A stretch of 64,000 nucleotides of DNA from Vicugna vicugna (Eukaryota), in assembly GCA_013265495.1 (NCBI GenBank), contig MU058844.1, forward strand, positions 13,166,184-13,230,183, written 5' to 3'. Numbering within the stretch: position 1 is the stretch's first letter; each line of letters begins with the position of its first letter. Positions 12,611 to 24,639 of this stretch are shown here, one piece after another. The notes below the pieces were generated by a model. That model was not told the DNA's origin and made no database searches. It saw only the letters and a list, made by a program, of their open reading frames with translations. A program made the translations under genes and the position numbers.

Positions 12611-13449
12611 CAGAGGAGCAGATGATTGGTAAACGTGATCAATAAATATATCGTTAACCTATCCTGGCTCTTTCTTTTAAGTACTTAATGCTTAATATCT
12701 ACTTAAAACCAAAATAAGGGAGAGGGAGAGAGATGTAGAGTTTTTATGTCCTCTCTGCATTGGGAGAGATGAGGAAGGAAGACGTTTATAGTTTATACCC
12801 ACAGATCAAAAAGCACTCTCTTCAGTTCATCTAGTGAGTTTAGATACATCTCTGAAGACCTCTTTCCCTGCCACTCAGTTTGTGTCTATTCAGGCAAAAC
12901 ATCCAGGAAGAGCTGGTCTTCAGTTCTGCTAAAGGGCACCCCCACCTCATGACCTCTTCATTTCAAGCCACTGGAGACACAGACGGCAAAAATCTCCATC
13001 AACTTGCAAAGCCATTTGTTTTTATTTCTGTGCTTTACTGGCCTCCTTTAGGAAAAAGAAGAAAACTACAACAAAGCCTGCTACTTTGTAGGGTTTTGTC
13101 TTTGTTTTTGTCGTCTTGACAGCCCAATATGCCTTCAACTCAACCTCCTCTGACTCCATCCATGGAAAACCCAACGGTACAATGAGATCTACTGATCAGA
13201 GTGATGACAGATGCTAAATGATCCAACCGCCTGATCACTCGCTCAGGTTGGAATGTATTCTCACCTGATCTAGAATTCTTTTCCACACCGTGGCCTGGAA
13301 TGAAAATGGGTGCTTCTGTAAGACTTGATTTAGGCAGAAAATGTAGTTAAGATGAATCCTCTGTTACCTTGAACATGCTAATGAGCTGTGTTTTTCTTCA
13401 ATAATGTCATCAGGGAGAATAAAGATTGAGGAAATAATCCAAAGGGAAG

Positions 13450-13580
13450 AGTAATAGTTACTAATTTCTGAGCATTTACTTTATGGCAGGTCCTCTATCA
13501 AAACAGTGCTGTGAGGTAGGTATTGTTATCGCCCTTTTACTGATAAGGGAACAGAAGCTGACAGAAGTTCAGTAAGTCTG
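13450..13580 (-). mobile_element. MIR fragment
   Basis: ctgtgaggtaggtattgttatcgcccttttactgataagggaacagaagct. Confidence 0.7.
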
Positions 13581-15755
13581 CAAGATCAGAAGGCAGTTAT
13601 GCAGCCCTGGGAGACTCTGGAGGCTGACCTCCAGCCCGGCAGAGTTGGGAAATGGGGGGATCCCAGCACTGCTGGGTTCACGTTTCTCTGGGGGGAACAC
13701 GGCCTGGCAGAGGGCAGCCACATGGCCAGTGTGACTTCGCAGAGAACAGTGCCTTGTCTTTGGCCATCCCGTGGTTTGCAGAGTCCCTCCCCAGACCACC
13801 CTGCAAAGCAGTCTGTGTGCTCTGAAGACCTCATTTTATTTATGGAGTGATAGGGTTATGGACCAAGGGGGAAAACACATAAAGACTAGTTTCATTTAGC
13901 ATTTATTCAAGAGAAATACATGCCTTTATAAGGAATGGAATGGAAGCCTTGTCTTCCAACTGCCACGACATGTGTCCCTTCCTGGGGAATTAATGAGAAC
14001 ATCTTGTCATCCCAGAGACCGCCCACCTTGCCAAGGCTCAACCGTGGGCCTTTTCTGAAGAAAACACATGAGTCACGGTGAATGGGAAGGCTGAGCGGAG
14101 GCCTGCCCAGCCAGTAGGGTGAGGCACCTGCACGGGACCCAAGCAGAAAGGAGCTGAAATTGAAGCAGGGGGATGCGGACTCAGGAGCTGGTCCACTCAG
14201 CATTCAGCCTTCACCCACTTCTCACCACCCCTTATTAGCCTTTTTTTTAGTAACTTATCAAACCCCACTCTGGTCCTCTAACTTCTCCCCTTAAAAATAA
14301 ATAAGCATTTTGAGGGTCTTTGTGGCATCACAGAGGTGACACTGTCCTGACACTCGCCTGCAGCGCCTCCTACCCTGGCTCTCATCTGGCAGCAGCCCAC
14401 TCGAGTGTGGGTGCTCTGGCCGCAGTGATGTCACTATGAGACCCCCCACGTGGTTTCCTCCAGCTCCTTCATCATTCCTGGACCATGACTGGGTTCAGGC
14501 CTAATCCTCAGGGCCCGAGGAAGCGAAGGCAGTGCTGCCCCCTCACCCCGGCCAGGAGGGTTGTGGAGACTCTGTGTGGGAGCACAAACCGTCTCCTCAC
14601 AGCTTTGTGTCTCATTTGTCTTTAGAGACTCTGTGGAGCCCTGGAATGGAGCTGCTCCTCCATCTGCAGGCTGGAGGCGTAGGAAAGACTTTGGAATCCA
14701 GGTTGCTCCTAAAATGCGAGAAGCCCCTCCTTCTCATAGGGACCCTCTGTCTCCCACTGGGAAGAGGCTGGGGATGAGGAAGGCATTTTCCTGGGAGGAT
14801 GAATTTTCTTAGTAATGTAGAAGTTATAGAAAGGTCAGAGATGTGAAAAGCAAGGTAGGCTTTGCCAGGAAGCAGAAAGGGGAGAGCTTTTTGAGTGCAG
14901 ATGCAAACGCAGCTCTCACAAAGAGAGAATAAGGACGAATAGCCTAGCAGGATTGTGGGGAGATGTTCACATTTGTGCCTGGTTCTACCTGTGCCTTCCT
15001 GAGTAGGGGATGTTATTGCCCAGCGGCGAGCATCTGTCCCAGAGCTTTTTCTGTGCTCCTTGCTCCACCCCAGTGTTGGTCTACCTGCAACCTCATCTCT
15101 CCAGGGCCCTCACCCTTGACGTCTGGACCATCTGCCTCCTGTGTGGATGAGGACCTTTGTCTCTGACTCCTGCTCACCGTCTGTGCCCGTCAACTCTTAG
15201 CGCATGTCTGACTACTTGACATGAGGGTGCTCACGGCACTTTCCAGAAGGAGGCTTCTCTCATAGAATGCCTGGGGCTTGAGAGGGTCAGGATTCCGGGA
15301 ACAGAGCAGCTCCGGTTTCCTGGGCAGTGAGCATGGATAGACAGAGTGTGTCATAGCCCAGTACCAGCAAAGGAAAGAAGTGGGGGGTGGAAATGAGGTT
15401 CCGTGGAGAATCTGAGTCACAAATGGCTGAGAAAAGACTGGGGCCTGATGGGAAACTGCAGGGGAGAGTCAGCACAGGTGGCAGGAAAGGGAAAGGAGCT
15501 GCTCTAGTCCTCATTCATGTCATGATATTGTTCAGAATTCCGAATATCCCCAGATCCCCCCACCACAGAGGGAACTTTGGCTTGGGCAGTGGTGGCATTT
15601 GGTTTGACCCCCACCCACCCAACCACTTACCTCTGCCTCCTCGTCTCCTTTCCTAGACGTTCTGGACGGCTCATTGGATGCTTGGTATTGACCCTTCAGT
15701 CAAAGCCATTATCAGCACGTCTGCTGCCATGTCCTCTGTCACCTCCATATTGGTT

Positions 15756-15772
15756 TGTCCCTCTAGTGGCCA
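15756..15772 (-). promoter_or_regulatory. Candidate CTCF site
   Basis: Minus strand TGGCCACTAGAGGGACA is close to the CTCF core consensus; motif match only. Confidence 0.45.
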
Positions 15773-16839
15773 CCAGGGCCTTTTGAGATCCCTGGAGTTG
15801 AGTCATCCATTGAGGGACTTAGAAAGGCTCCCCGGGCGAGGAGAGATGGCGTTTGACAGAGGTGTGATATTGAGGTGTCCGTCAGTAGAGGTCCCCACAC
15901 AGGACCTGCCCTGAGCTGCCTTCCCCCCTGACAATCAGTCCATCTTTCTTTCCTTGTCCTCTGCTCTCCCCAGAAACTGGAGCAGCATTGGCTTCCCCTC
16001 TTTGCTCAGGAGGGTTAATCCCAGTTTCCCAGATGTCTGACTATCAAGATCAAAGTCCCTTTGCTGCTTCTGGGAGGCCTCGGGGCTCTTCACACAGACA
16101 GAGGAATCCCAGTAGCCTGTCCCATTCCTCAGAATCTCCAAAATAAGCACACAGATTAATACCTTAAAGTGACACACGATTTTGAAAGTAGCAAAATATT
16201 TCTTTATGAGCGACATGGAGAGACTAGGCCAGACTGTGTTTTTCAGCAAAAACATTTTGTCGAGGTCTGCGCAGGCCCTGAGCTATTTTTGAGGCTGAGC
16301 GCTGGGAACCCTTTTGAGCAACACAAGGCAGAGTCCCTCTGGGCACATTGGACCACCCCCAGAGTTACAAAGTGGATTGCAGAGGCATTCCAAAGAGAGG
16401 CTGGGAAAAACCTGACAGGAAGTATTCCCAGAACACTCTCCTCCCAAAGTCCCTGTTGGCTAATGATTAGGGCACAACTGTAAACAAAGCAGAAGAGCGT
16501 CAAAGAATAGCAGTCTACAGACAGCACCTTGAAGCACCCCTCATGCCGGGGCATTCCGACTTTAACCAAGCAAATGTCTCTGTTCTGCTGCCCAGGTCCA
16601 GGTCTGAACCCCACCTCCAGCCTCCAAAACACCCCTCCCTCCTGCGTTCCATCTCTCCGCCAGATTTCCCTGAGGTTGGAAGGAAGAGGAAGGAAGAGAG
16701 GGGACGGGGCCTAGATGGCTGGGTTACTGGATGCCTTCTGATGTCCACCCACGGTGGACTTCTGCTGGTCACGATCTTGTTTGCTGATTTCCCAGCAAAT
16801 CCTGCTCAGCGCAGTCTGGCCCCGCAGAGCAAGGCATGC

Positions 16840-16960
16840 GTGGGCTTTGGAATCAGACAATCCCAGAGCCCAAACTCAAATCTACCCACTCAGTAGACTT
16901 GATCCTTTACTGAAACTGTTTTCTCATCTGTAAAATGGGAATGAAGATTCCTGATTCATG
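16840..16960 (+). mobile_element. MIR fragment
   Basis: tgggctttggaatcagac...ctgttttctcatctgtaaaatgggaatga. Confidence 0.75.
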
Positions 16961-17472
16961 GACAGGCCTTATTTTGAAACTATAAATGTACAGAAACAAA
17001 TATATTTCAGCTCCTGGCACATAGGAGATAGGTAATACCATTATTACTGCTGCTTCCAGGACTTCTGCAGGTTTCATAAAGTCGTGATTAGTTAGTGAGT
17101 GCTTACTATACTGGGTATCGGGTTAAATACTGTGAATACATACATTTTGTGGTCACCACTTCTATCATAAAACTTTTTAAAAAATCCGGATAATTTTTAA
17201 TACAGTGGAGTCTGCTCTGCTATTTATCAATTTAGTTAAATAAGAATATCAGCCAAGGAAGGGAGGTTTGACTAGACTGACATTTCTGTTTGCATTTGCT
17301 CACCTGAAATTTACTCATATTTCACAAGCAATCTGTACTCGAGCCAGGAAACAATATTGTATTTCGGCAAGTGTTAATCTTGACTGTTGCTTAACTTCTA
17401 TATGGATATTAAGAGTTGGGACAGTTGGTTCTGGGGACTAGATTAAAAACCTAGGGGTCAAGAGATAAACAC

Positions 17473-17680
17473 GGAGGAGGGTATATCTCGGTGGTGGAGT
17501 GTGAGCGTAGCATGAACCACATCCTGGGTTCAACCCCCAATACTGCCATTAAAAAGTAATAATACTAAGTAAGTAAAGAAATAAATCTAATTACAGTCCC
17601 CCCCACCACAAAACACACACACACACAAGGATAAAATACTGGGCTTAAAAAAGAAAGAAAAAATTATTAAAAAAAAAAAG
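17473..17680 (+). mobile_element. tRNA-Ala-derived camelid SINE (Vic-1 type)
   Basis: tRNA-like head gagggtatatctcggtggtggagtgt...cctgggttcaacccccaatactgcca, then AT-rich linker, taattac-ccccc motif and A-rich tail; degenerate TSD (aagagataaaca / aaaaggtaaaca). Confidence 0.85.
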
Positions 17681-18369
17681 GTAAACAAAACAGAACAAAC
17701 CATACTTTTATGTAAACTAGTCAAGTAATTGAAACCCAAGTATTGGGTGTCAGCTGTTTAAATTATTTTACTATCTTACATAATCTTTCTCGACTCTGCT
17801 TCTACACAGATGCCACTCTTTTATGGCACCTTATTAACCAAAATTTCTGGGCTCTTTGATAAACGAAAGAAACAGACTGTGTTCCAGACCATATCTGTAA
17901 GGAGTCTAAAATCATTATCTTTTGCTACATCGTGCGCCAAGACATTTCCTTGGGGGAATCAGTAGCTTTGATGATTGCCGCACAGAGTGCCTCAACCACT
18001 GAGAAGGGTGAGAGGGCCCAGCTGAATAAAACCTTTAAGTAGGGTGTCGCTCACCAGCATGGGGGGTGGTCTGTGCAGGGCAGACACCACAGCTCTCATC
18101 CTGCTTTTCTGCAGGGTGTCTGGTAAAGACACTGTGCTTCCCCTGCAATAGAAACATTTGTTTTTGTTTTTAAATCATTCAATCTGGCTCGCAGGTTGAG
18201 GTGATCTTTTCTTGGGATACGACAGAATTTAACACATCTTTGACTTCTAGTCATTGGGTAGGGGCTACAAACAGTGGGGTGGGAAAAAATGAAGATTTTT
18301 ATTCCTATGGTAAGAGGCTTCATGTGTTTTCCCTCTTCTACTTCCCACGTAATTAGTTGTTGTTATCTG

Positions 18370-18710
18370 AACTTTAAAGTTAAAGAAACAGAGAGGTCAA
18401 GGAACTTGCCTGAAGCACGCAGCGGCACAATCAGGATTCTAACCAGGTTTTTTCCCCAATATTCACTCTGCTATCTCAGATGATGGCATATACAGAATAA
18501 CTGGTTTATCAATAGTAAAAACATTTACTTTGTTGTCAGATTTCATGGATTTTAGTCCCCGCTTCCCCGTCGTGTGACTGTGGGCAATTCAGTGCCTCTA
18601 AGATTCAGTTTCTCATCTATTAAAAAAGGATAACAATAATTAATAATACCTACGTCAAATGGTTGTTGGGAGGGTTGAACAAGGAGGTGCACATAAAACC
18701 TTAGCAGCTA
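18370..18710. mobile_element. Two MIR fragments, head-to-head (minus ~18370-18470; plus ~18540-18710)
   Basis: aagaaacagagaggtcaaggaacttgcctgaag (minus core); gtgtgactgtgggcaattcagtgcctctaagattcagtttctcatcta (plus core). Confidence 0.7.
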
Positions 18711-19319
18711 GTAATGGCTTAAAGCAAACCACCTGTGCTCTCACTACTGTAATTTATGTGGGATGTCATTAGTTTCATTGTAAAGGTTACCACCATTCTT
18801 CTGTTAATTACACTGTGGTTTTCCACAACATCTTGTTAGAGACTACGTTACCAGAAGTGAGGAGGAGAGAAGGTAGCATTTAGGATGCTAATTTAGGATG
18901 ACAGAAGTAAGGACTAGCCAGACTTTCTGTACTAACTGGAGGGAATTTAAATGCAGTAAAAACACAAAATCTATGCCTGAGAATCTTGAGGGACAGGAGA
19001 GCTGGAGCTGACTTGAGGCTCAGGGAGATGCCGGAAAAAGCCCTCCTCTGCCCCAATCAGGGAGAGGCGAAGATGAGAGGATTCCTAATCTGGCTGCCTC
19101 TGAAAAAATTTAGTGACAAAAACTAGTGGCTCTTGTCACAGTTACCCCAAGCAGTGGTCTCCTGCAGCTATCCTGAGCCAATCCCGAGTCCTGAGGAAAC
19201 TATGTGTGTGGGTGTTGATGGTGGTGGAGTGTTTGTGTGTGTGTGTGTGTGTGTATGTTTGCGAGTACGTGAGGGTCAGAAAACAACTGTTGTGTGTTTC
19301 TAGTCCATCATCTCTCTCT

Positions 19320-19460
19320 CCTTTCATTTATTCATTTTTCACATATTCATTCAATGCATATTGAATAAATATTATTCAATATTTCATTGTTCTGTGTATT
19401 CAACAAACGTTTATTGAATATTTCCTGTTTGTCAGGAACTTTGATAAGGTTTGTGATAAA
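19320..19460 (-). mobile_element. L2 3'-end fragment
   Basis: ttcattcaa...attcaacaaacgtttattgaatatttcctgtttgtcagg. Confidence 0.65.
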
Positions 19461-19908
19461 AACTTGAGTGAGTATAAACTGAATGAACTCACTAGCAGAT
19501 AAATGCCACTTGAAGGGTCTGATGGAGACTTTTCAGATCACCAGCTCTCTACCTGTCTGAAGACGAGAATTCAGTTTATCGCAAACCATGGATTTTGACC
19601 CTAACTTAGAAATAGATGAACCCTCTATGAAATACAGATGTTGTTGAAGTAAAGGGTTGAAATGCACTCAGGTTCCTGTGTACTCAATCAGCGTGACTGA
19701 AATGTAAATACAGTACCTGGGGCAGGGATACAAAGTGGAGGACAAAGCTCCCGGGGCCCTGTACTGACTCTGTTCACCCTTGGAAGGGCGGCTGCTGGGG
19801 AATGTTTTTATCCTGCTTGGTTGCAATATCCTTTTTTGGTGCTGACATAGATTTCCTTTCAAATTAAAACAAGTGCAATTTACTATAAAGTAGCTTCTAA
19901 AGGATTTG

Positions 19909-19954
19909 GTTTTTTTTTTAACATTTTTTATTGATTTATAATCATTTTACAATG
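19909..19954 (-). mobile_element. Ultra-short 5'-truncated camelid L1 tail insertion with TSD
   Basis: Minus strand cattgtaaaatgattataaatcaataaaaaatgtt-polyA; direct repeat TAAAGGATTTG at 19898-19908 and 19955-19965. Confidence 0.85.
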
Positions 19955-20309
19955 TAAAGGATTTGTTAATCAACCCATCACTCTATTAATTCTTTGCCTG
20001 AGGAGTCCCCCTCTCCTCCCCCCACCCCTCCTCTCAGCCTTAGTCACAGCCATTCTCAGACAAGAAAGCTAAGAGAACCCTCGGCTCCCCTCAGGAAATG
20101 TAACACGTATGGGATTTGCACTGATTGGAGAAATTCAAGCTTGTTATTTATTTTACTGAAAAGCAGTACTGAGTCTAATGAAAGACTGAGCGGTAGATTA
20201 ACCCACTGAATAATTAGGTCTGACAATAAAATGTAAATAAAGTCTTCCCTCCAGCCTCTTCGGTCCCCAAGAAGATGCCAAGCTGTTTTCTGAGTTCTAG
20301 ACTCTGGGG

Positions 20310-20745
20310 GAGAGTGGCGGGGTGAAAAAACATGGGCTCGGGCAGTTCGTGGGTGCCAAGCATAGCATCTCCAACTGTCTGGCAGTGTGTTCTCGAATGT
20401 ACTTTGGTTTCCTCAGTCTCAGTTTTCTCATCTGCAAAGTGGGGATGATAATACTTACCTTAGAGGGTTAGTTGTCAGAAGAACCAAATGAGATCTCATT
20501 TACACCTGTCTGATCTTGGGCGATTTATTTAAGTACTGTATGCCTCAGCTTATCCATCTGTGGAAAGTGGATAATGTGGATAGTAGTGGTGTCCAAGAGA
20601 GTTCAGAGAATTAAAACTAATTAATGTACATAATATGCATAAAGTGCTTAGAACAGTTACTGGCACAGATTAAACATTATAGGTTGTTATCATCATCATT
20701 GTTATCATACAAAGCATTCACTAGGTACTCAATAAATGGTAGTTC
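20310..20745 (+). mobile_element. Two tandem or nested MIR copies
   Basis: Two MIR cores (tctcagttttctcatctgcaaagtggggatgataat; tgcctcagcttatccatctgtg) and two MIR 3' ends. Confidence 0.75.
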
Positions 20746-20829
20746 TTATTTGATTATTCCCCCCTTAATCCCAGTATTCCGTTTTGTTAAAGCACAGCTT
20801 TCATCCTGCAGCTCTCTAGCTAGACCAGC

Positions 20830-21231
20830 TAGGATCGTTACTTCATAGTAACACAAAGAGCTAAACATATCAGGACAATGAAAAAGAGCTTTATTTTTGG
20901 TAAAATTCCAGGATGCTTGCAGATTGGAGGTGGAGCTCTGCTTCACAAAGTCACTGAGAGATCTGGCATCTCTGACACAGAACTTTCAAGGTTCCCCTGG
21001 GGGTGCTGTCCAAGTCAGCTGGAAGAGGAAAAGTGCAAGGAAGAATAGCTGTAAAAGCTCTTTATGGGCTAGCTCTTGAAGTGGGACACGTTATTTCCAC
21101 CCACGTTTTGTTGGTTGGTGCTCCACTGCATGGTCACACAGCTTCAAGGGAGTCTGGAAAGGTGGTCTACCTGTGCCCAGGGAGACGAGGAGATCGTGAA
21201 GTTGGGAGAAGACCTGGCAGCCTCTCCCACA
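20830..21231 (-). mobile_element. Old MaLR LTR (MLT1I/K/L-like)
   Basis: gaagtgggacacgttatttccacccacgttttgttgg...catggtcacac...caagggagtctggaaag...tggcagcctctcccaca. Confidence 0.65.
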
Positions 21232-21454
21232 CCAGCTCAGACACCAAGAGGAGTTCTACAGCCCTCATGATCATCTAAAGAGCCCTCCACCTGGCTCCAC
21301 AATCACTACTGCCTTGGACCCTGAGGGTACAGCCCAACACAGATCATTTGCTGTTTTTTTGGCCCAGTTTCCTTGCTACATGTGTCATGTTCACAGATTC
21401 AGGTTCTTCCCTACCAGACTCTCCATACGTTGGCTTCAGATTCAGATTCAAATG

Positions 21455-21580
21455 ATGCTCATGGGTCTACTGTGTGCCAGGCGTTTCTACAGTCACACTT
21501 ACAACCCTATGCAGCGAACATTACTATATCCATTTTATGGATGAAGAATCTGAACTCAGAAAGATGAAGTCATAACTTGC
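21455..21580 (-). mobile_element. MIR fragment
   Basis: ctactgtgtgccaggc...acaaccctatg...ccattttatggatgaagaatctgaactcaga. Confidence 0.75.
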
Positions 21581-22277
21581 CCACTACTGTCCTCTTTCTT
21601 CCAATCCTGCAGCATTTAGATTATTTACCAAATCAGTTAGTCCTCAGTCCTCCCTGATTAAGAACACATCTTGCTTCCCCAGTAAAAACAGAGTTAAAGC
21701 TTCCAGGTCAAGCATGGGGATTCTGTGTTTTTCAGACTCTTGATGGTTCTTACACAGAGTGGGGAAAGTCAGGATTACAAAACTCTTATTGATGAATTTA
21801 CTGATTGATCTTTATAGCTTAGGTGTTAGCCTTTACTCAGACCAAACCCACGATTATTCAGACCCTAAATTACCTAGAAACTTTCTCCTTTTTCTTCTGC
21901 TTGGTTCACGTGAGAGAAATGCTGTGTCTTGATGAAGGGGATGTGTACTTTACCCAAAGCTTTCCCAGCCCTTCTTCCCCAGTCCTCCCATCACATGCTA
22001 CATGAGTGTTGCTCTTGAAAAATTAACTTGAAGCAGAAAATCCCAGCTGTGATTTTTTTCTTCTCAACTTCCCGTGTTTGACGTGAGGTGTGTACACTGG
22101 AAATGCCAGCTCCTTGACCACCGAAAGGTGCTTGCAGTCTCCTTTGTGATCCCTTTAGCGGCTGGAAGATTCCATGTCCTCAGAACCAGAGGCTCAAGAC
22201 AGAAAACCAGCTGGGACTCAGATGCCAATGACCCCAAGTGGCAGGTCGAGAGCAGAGAAATGGCAGCGGTGAGTTTG

Positions 22278-22428
22278 TTCAAAGTTTTTAATTTTTTTAC
22301 TTTATTTAAAAACTTTTTTTGGCAGGGGGAGGTAATTAAGCATTTATTTATTTAAATAGAGGTGCTGGGGACTGAACTCAGGACCTCATGCATACTAAGC
22401 ACACGCTTTACCGCCCGCCCCCGCCCCT
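22278..22428 (-). mobile_element. tRNA-Ala-derived camelid SINE (Vic-1 type) with TSD
   Basis: Minus strand gtgcttagtatgcatgaggtcctgagttcagtccccagcacctct...taattacctccccc-polyA; TSD GCAG(C/T)GGTGAG(T/C)TTG at 22263-22277 and 22429-22443. Confidence 0.9.
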
Positions 22429-23009
22429 GCAGTGGTGAGCTTGATTGCCTTTGTTGTGCTTCCCTCCCCTCCAGGGATTGGATTTTCATTATGATTACTT
22501 AAAGATATTTATGATAAAATGAACAGTTACAAATGTGAGCGGGATTGTGTTGCACTGGGGTTCTCTTTGGCTCGCTCTCTGTCACAGCTGCAAATGTTGC
22601 CTCCTACATGTTATTAATTTAGAGGTAATCAGGTTTGCATCTGCAGCTGTGCAGCATATGTTTTCCTAAAACAGTCATGGCTACAGGCACCGGAACAATT
22701 AAGACAGGAAAAAATGCCAGCACTTCTTTCCCCCTCTTCTGATGAACTGGTAATGTTTTTCATTTGTTTCTTGGTTTTGTATGGTTTTATCATTAAAGGA
22801 CAGCCAACATTTTGTGAGCATCTACTATGTACCTGAGCTAGTTGCTTTTCATAAATGTTATCCCACCTAGATATACCATGTTGGTTTTTAAGATTGGTTC
22901 TAATTTTATTAGTATAGAGAGAGGCTAAGTTCTGAAATGCTGCATGGTAGGAGCCAGTAACATGAAGCCAGACAAGTAGGACACGTAAAATGCTACAGTT
23001 GGACTGTTT

Positions 23010-23088
23010 TTTCTTTTAATTCTTATTTTTCATTAAAGTATAGTTGATTTACAATGTTAGTTTCAGGTGTACAGCAACATGATTCAGT

Positions 23089-23133
<45 letters not shown>

Positions 23134-23209
23134 TTTTTCTTCAGATTCTTTTCCATTACAGTTCATTATAAGGAATTGAATATTGTTCTCTGCGCTATAC
23201 AATAGGTCC
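23010..23209 (-). mobile_element. Short cetartiodactyl-type L1 3'-end copy containing a (CA)n tract
   Basis: attaaagtatagttgatttacaatgttagtttcaggtgtacagcaac...aataggtcct; TSD-like TTGGACT(G/C)TT at 22999 and 23210. Confidence 0.85.
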
Positions 23210-23860
23210 TTGGACTCTTACATCCAGGAAAAAGCTGATTAGATGTTGCCGGTTGAAAGTTGCTATTTCTTTTCCCAGTTTCAACTGAGTTCTAAATTGT
23301 TCTCAGGTTACTTTGATAGAAAAGCCCCTATTGCTGTAATCTGTAGTCTGATTTCTGACACAAATACAAGAACTGTCTTTACTTTTTGGATAATCTTGTA
23401 TAATTTAACAGATTTCTTTGGAGTAGATTTTAGCTGAATTATGATGTAGAGATGATAAACCAGGAACAAGGCTTGTGTCAGAGAAGTTCAAAACTGCAGG
23501 ATGTTCTTTTGATGTCTAAGCACCCCTGTTTCTTACTCCATTCAATGCAACCTGTTCATTCTTTTGCATTAAGTAAGAATATCAATACAAATAAAATTCA
23601 CATGATGATTTACCTAGCTAAACTAACCCCAAGACGAAACTGTGCTTATTCAATAAATGCGTAATTTCATTTCATTTTTTTCTATTTTAATTAGCTTTTC
23701 ATTAGCTTTGTGAACATTAGTAAGCATGCTGACGTGCAAAAAAGGTGATCAAGCTCACCGATTGGCAGATTACAGCCCTTGGACAAATCCTGCCACCCCC
23801 TGTCCATTTGTTGACTTGTTGTCTATGGCCGCTTCTGTGTTACAAAGGCAGAGACAAATA

Positions 23861-24083
23861 CAGTCGTCCCTTGGTATCTGCAAGGATTGTTTCCAGGACC
23901 CATCATGATATCAAAATCCACAGATGCTCAAGTCTCATAATTGGTTCTCAATATCTTGGGTGCTATGTCCTCAGATTCAACCAGCTGAAGATCATATATA
24001 CTGTAGTGCATATTTATTGGCAAAAAAAATCCATGAGTAAGTGGACCATGCATTTCAAACCCATGCTGTTCAAGGGTCAAGTG
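23861..24083 (+). mobile_element. TcMar-Tigger MITE (MER8/MER2-like)
   Basis: Begins TA|cagtcgtcccttggtatc...ccaggacc...aaaatccacagatgctcaagtc and ends gtaagtggaccatgcatttcaaacccatgctgttcaagggtcaa. Confidence 0.85.
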
Positions 24084-24112
24084 TGTTTGCTGAGCTGAAT
24101 AGTTGCGGCAGA

Positions 24113-24290
24113 CAGGACTAGCTTCATGCGCGTGTGATGTGAGCAGGTGTAGAAAGTCCCAGGTTTAGAAGAGTCCGGTTCTTGGTGTAATATTCTGCTG
24201 AAGCCAGCTTGAAGTTACTAATAATGTTTAAACAAGGGACCCTGCATTTTCATCTTTCATGGGGCCCCACAAATCACGCAGCTGGTCCAG
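24113..24290 (+). mobile_element. MER91A-like hAT-Tip100 MITE
   Basis: caggactagcttcatg...aacaagggaccctgcattttcatctttcatggggccccacaaatcacgcagctggtcc; 8-bp TSD GCGGCAGA/GTGACAGA (24105-24112, 24291-24298). Confidence 0.8.
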
Positions 24291-24394
24291 GTGACAGAGA
24301 CTATGTGGCCTGAAAAGCCAAAAATACTGTCTGGCTCTTTATAGCAAAAGTTTGCTGATTCCTGATTTAGGTGATCTTCTTTTTTTATATTGTA

Positions 24395-24560
24395 ATTATC
24401 GAAATCATTTAATGTGCATAAGAATTACCTGGAGAGCATGTTTAAAATGTAAGTTTGAAGATTCTGGTTCAACAGAGGTCTCTTGTGTGACCCGGGGATC
24501 TACATTTATAGCCTCATGCTGGTCCTGATGTGGCCACTCCTCGGGCCACCCCTGGAGAAA
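24395..24560. mobile_element. Degraded MER5-like hAT MITE
   Basis: aatgtgcataagaattacctggagagcatgtttaaaatg...gattctggttca. Confidence 0.55.
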
Positions 24561-24639
24561 ACCCGGTGGGGCCTTTCTCACCTTGTATTTGGGATTTCTC
24601 ATTAGATAAAGGCTTACTGATTCACCTGCCACTAAATCT

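Larger units (their letters stand above)
23753..24364 (+). mobile_element. MER58A-like hAT-Charlie MITE, interrupted by two other MITEs
   Basis: Collinear segments ggcagattacagccc...gtctatggccgcttctgtgttacaaaggcagag / ctgaatagttgc / gacagagactatgtggcctgaaaagcc...aaaagtttgctgattcctg. Confidence 0.8.

Noticed and set aside
13195..13275. C/D-box snoRNA-like layout (GTGATGA at 13201, CTGA at 13231 and ~13266; ATGATCCAACCGC loosely complementary to the SSU rRNA 3' end)
   Set aside because: The terminal stem is only ~3 bp, there is no clear C' box, the guide match to 18S is imperfect, and no host intron is evident. A snoscan or Infernal run would be needed to revive it.
17473..17550. Functional tRNA-Ala gene
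   Set aside because: The cloverleaf is degenerate and followed by SINE body, A-rich tail and TSD; it is a SINE head (same for the copies at 22278 and 33896)
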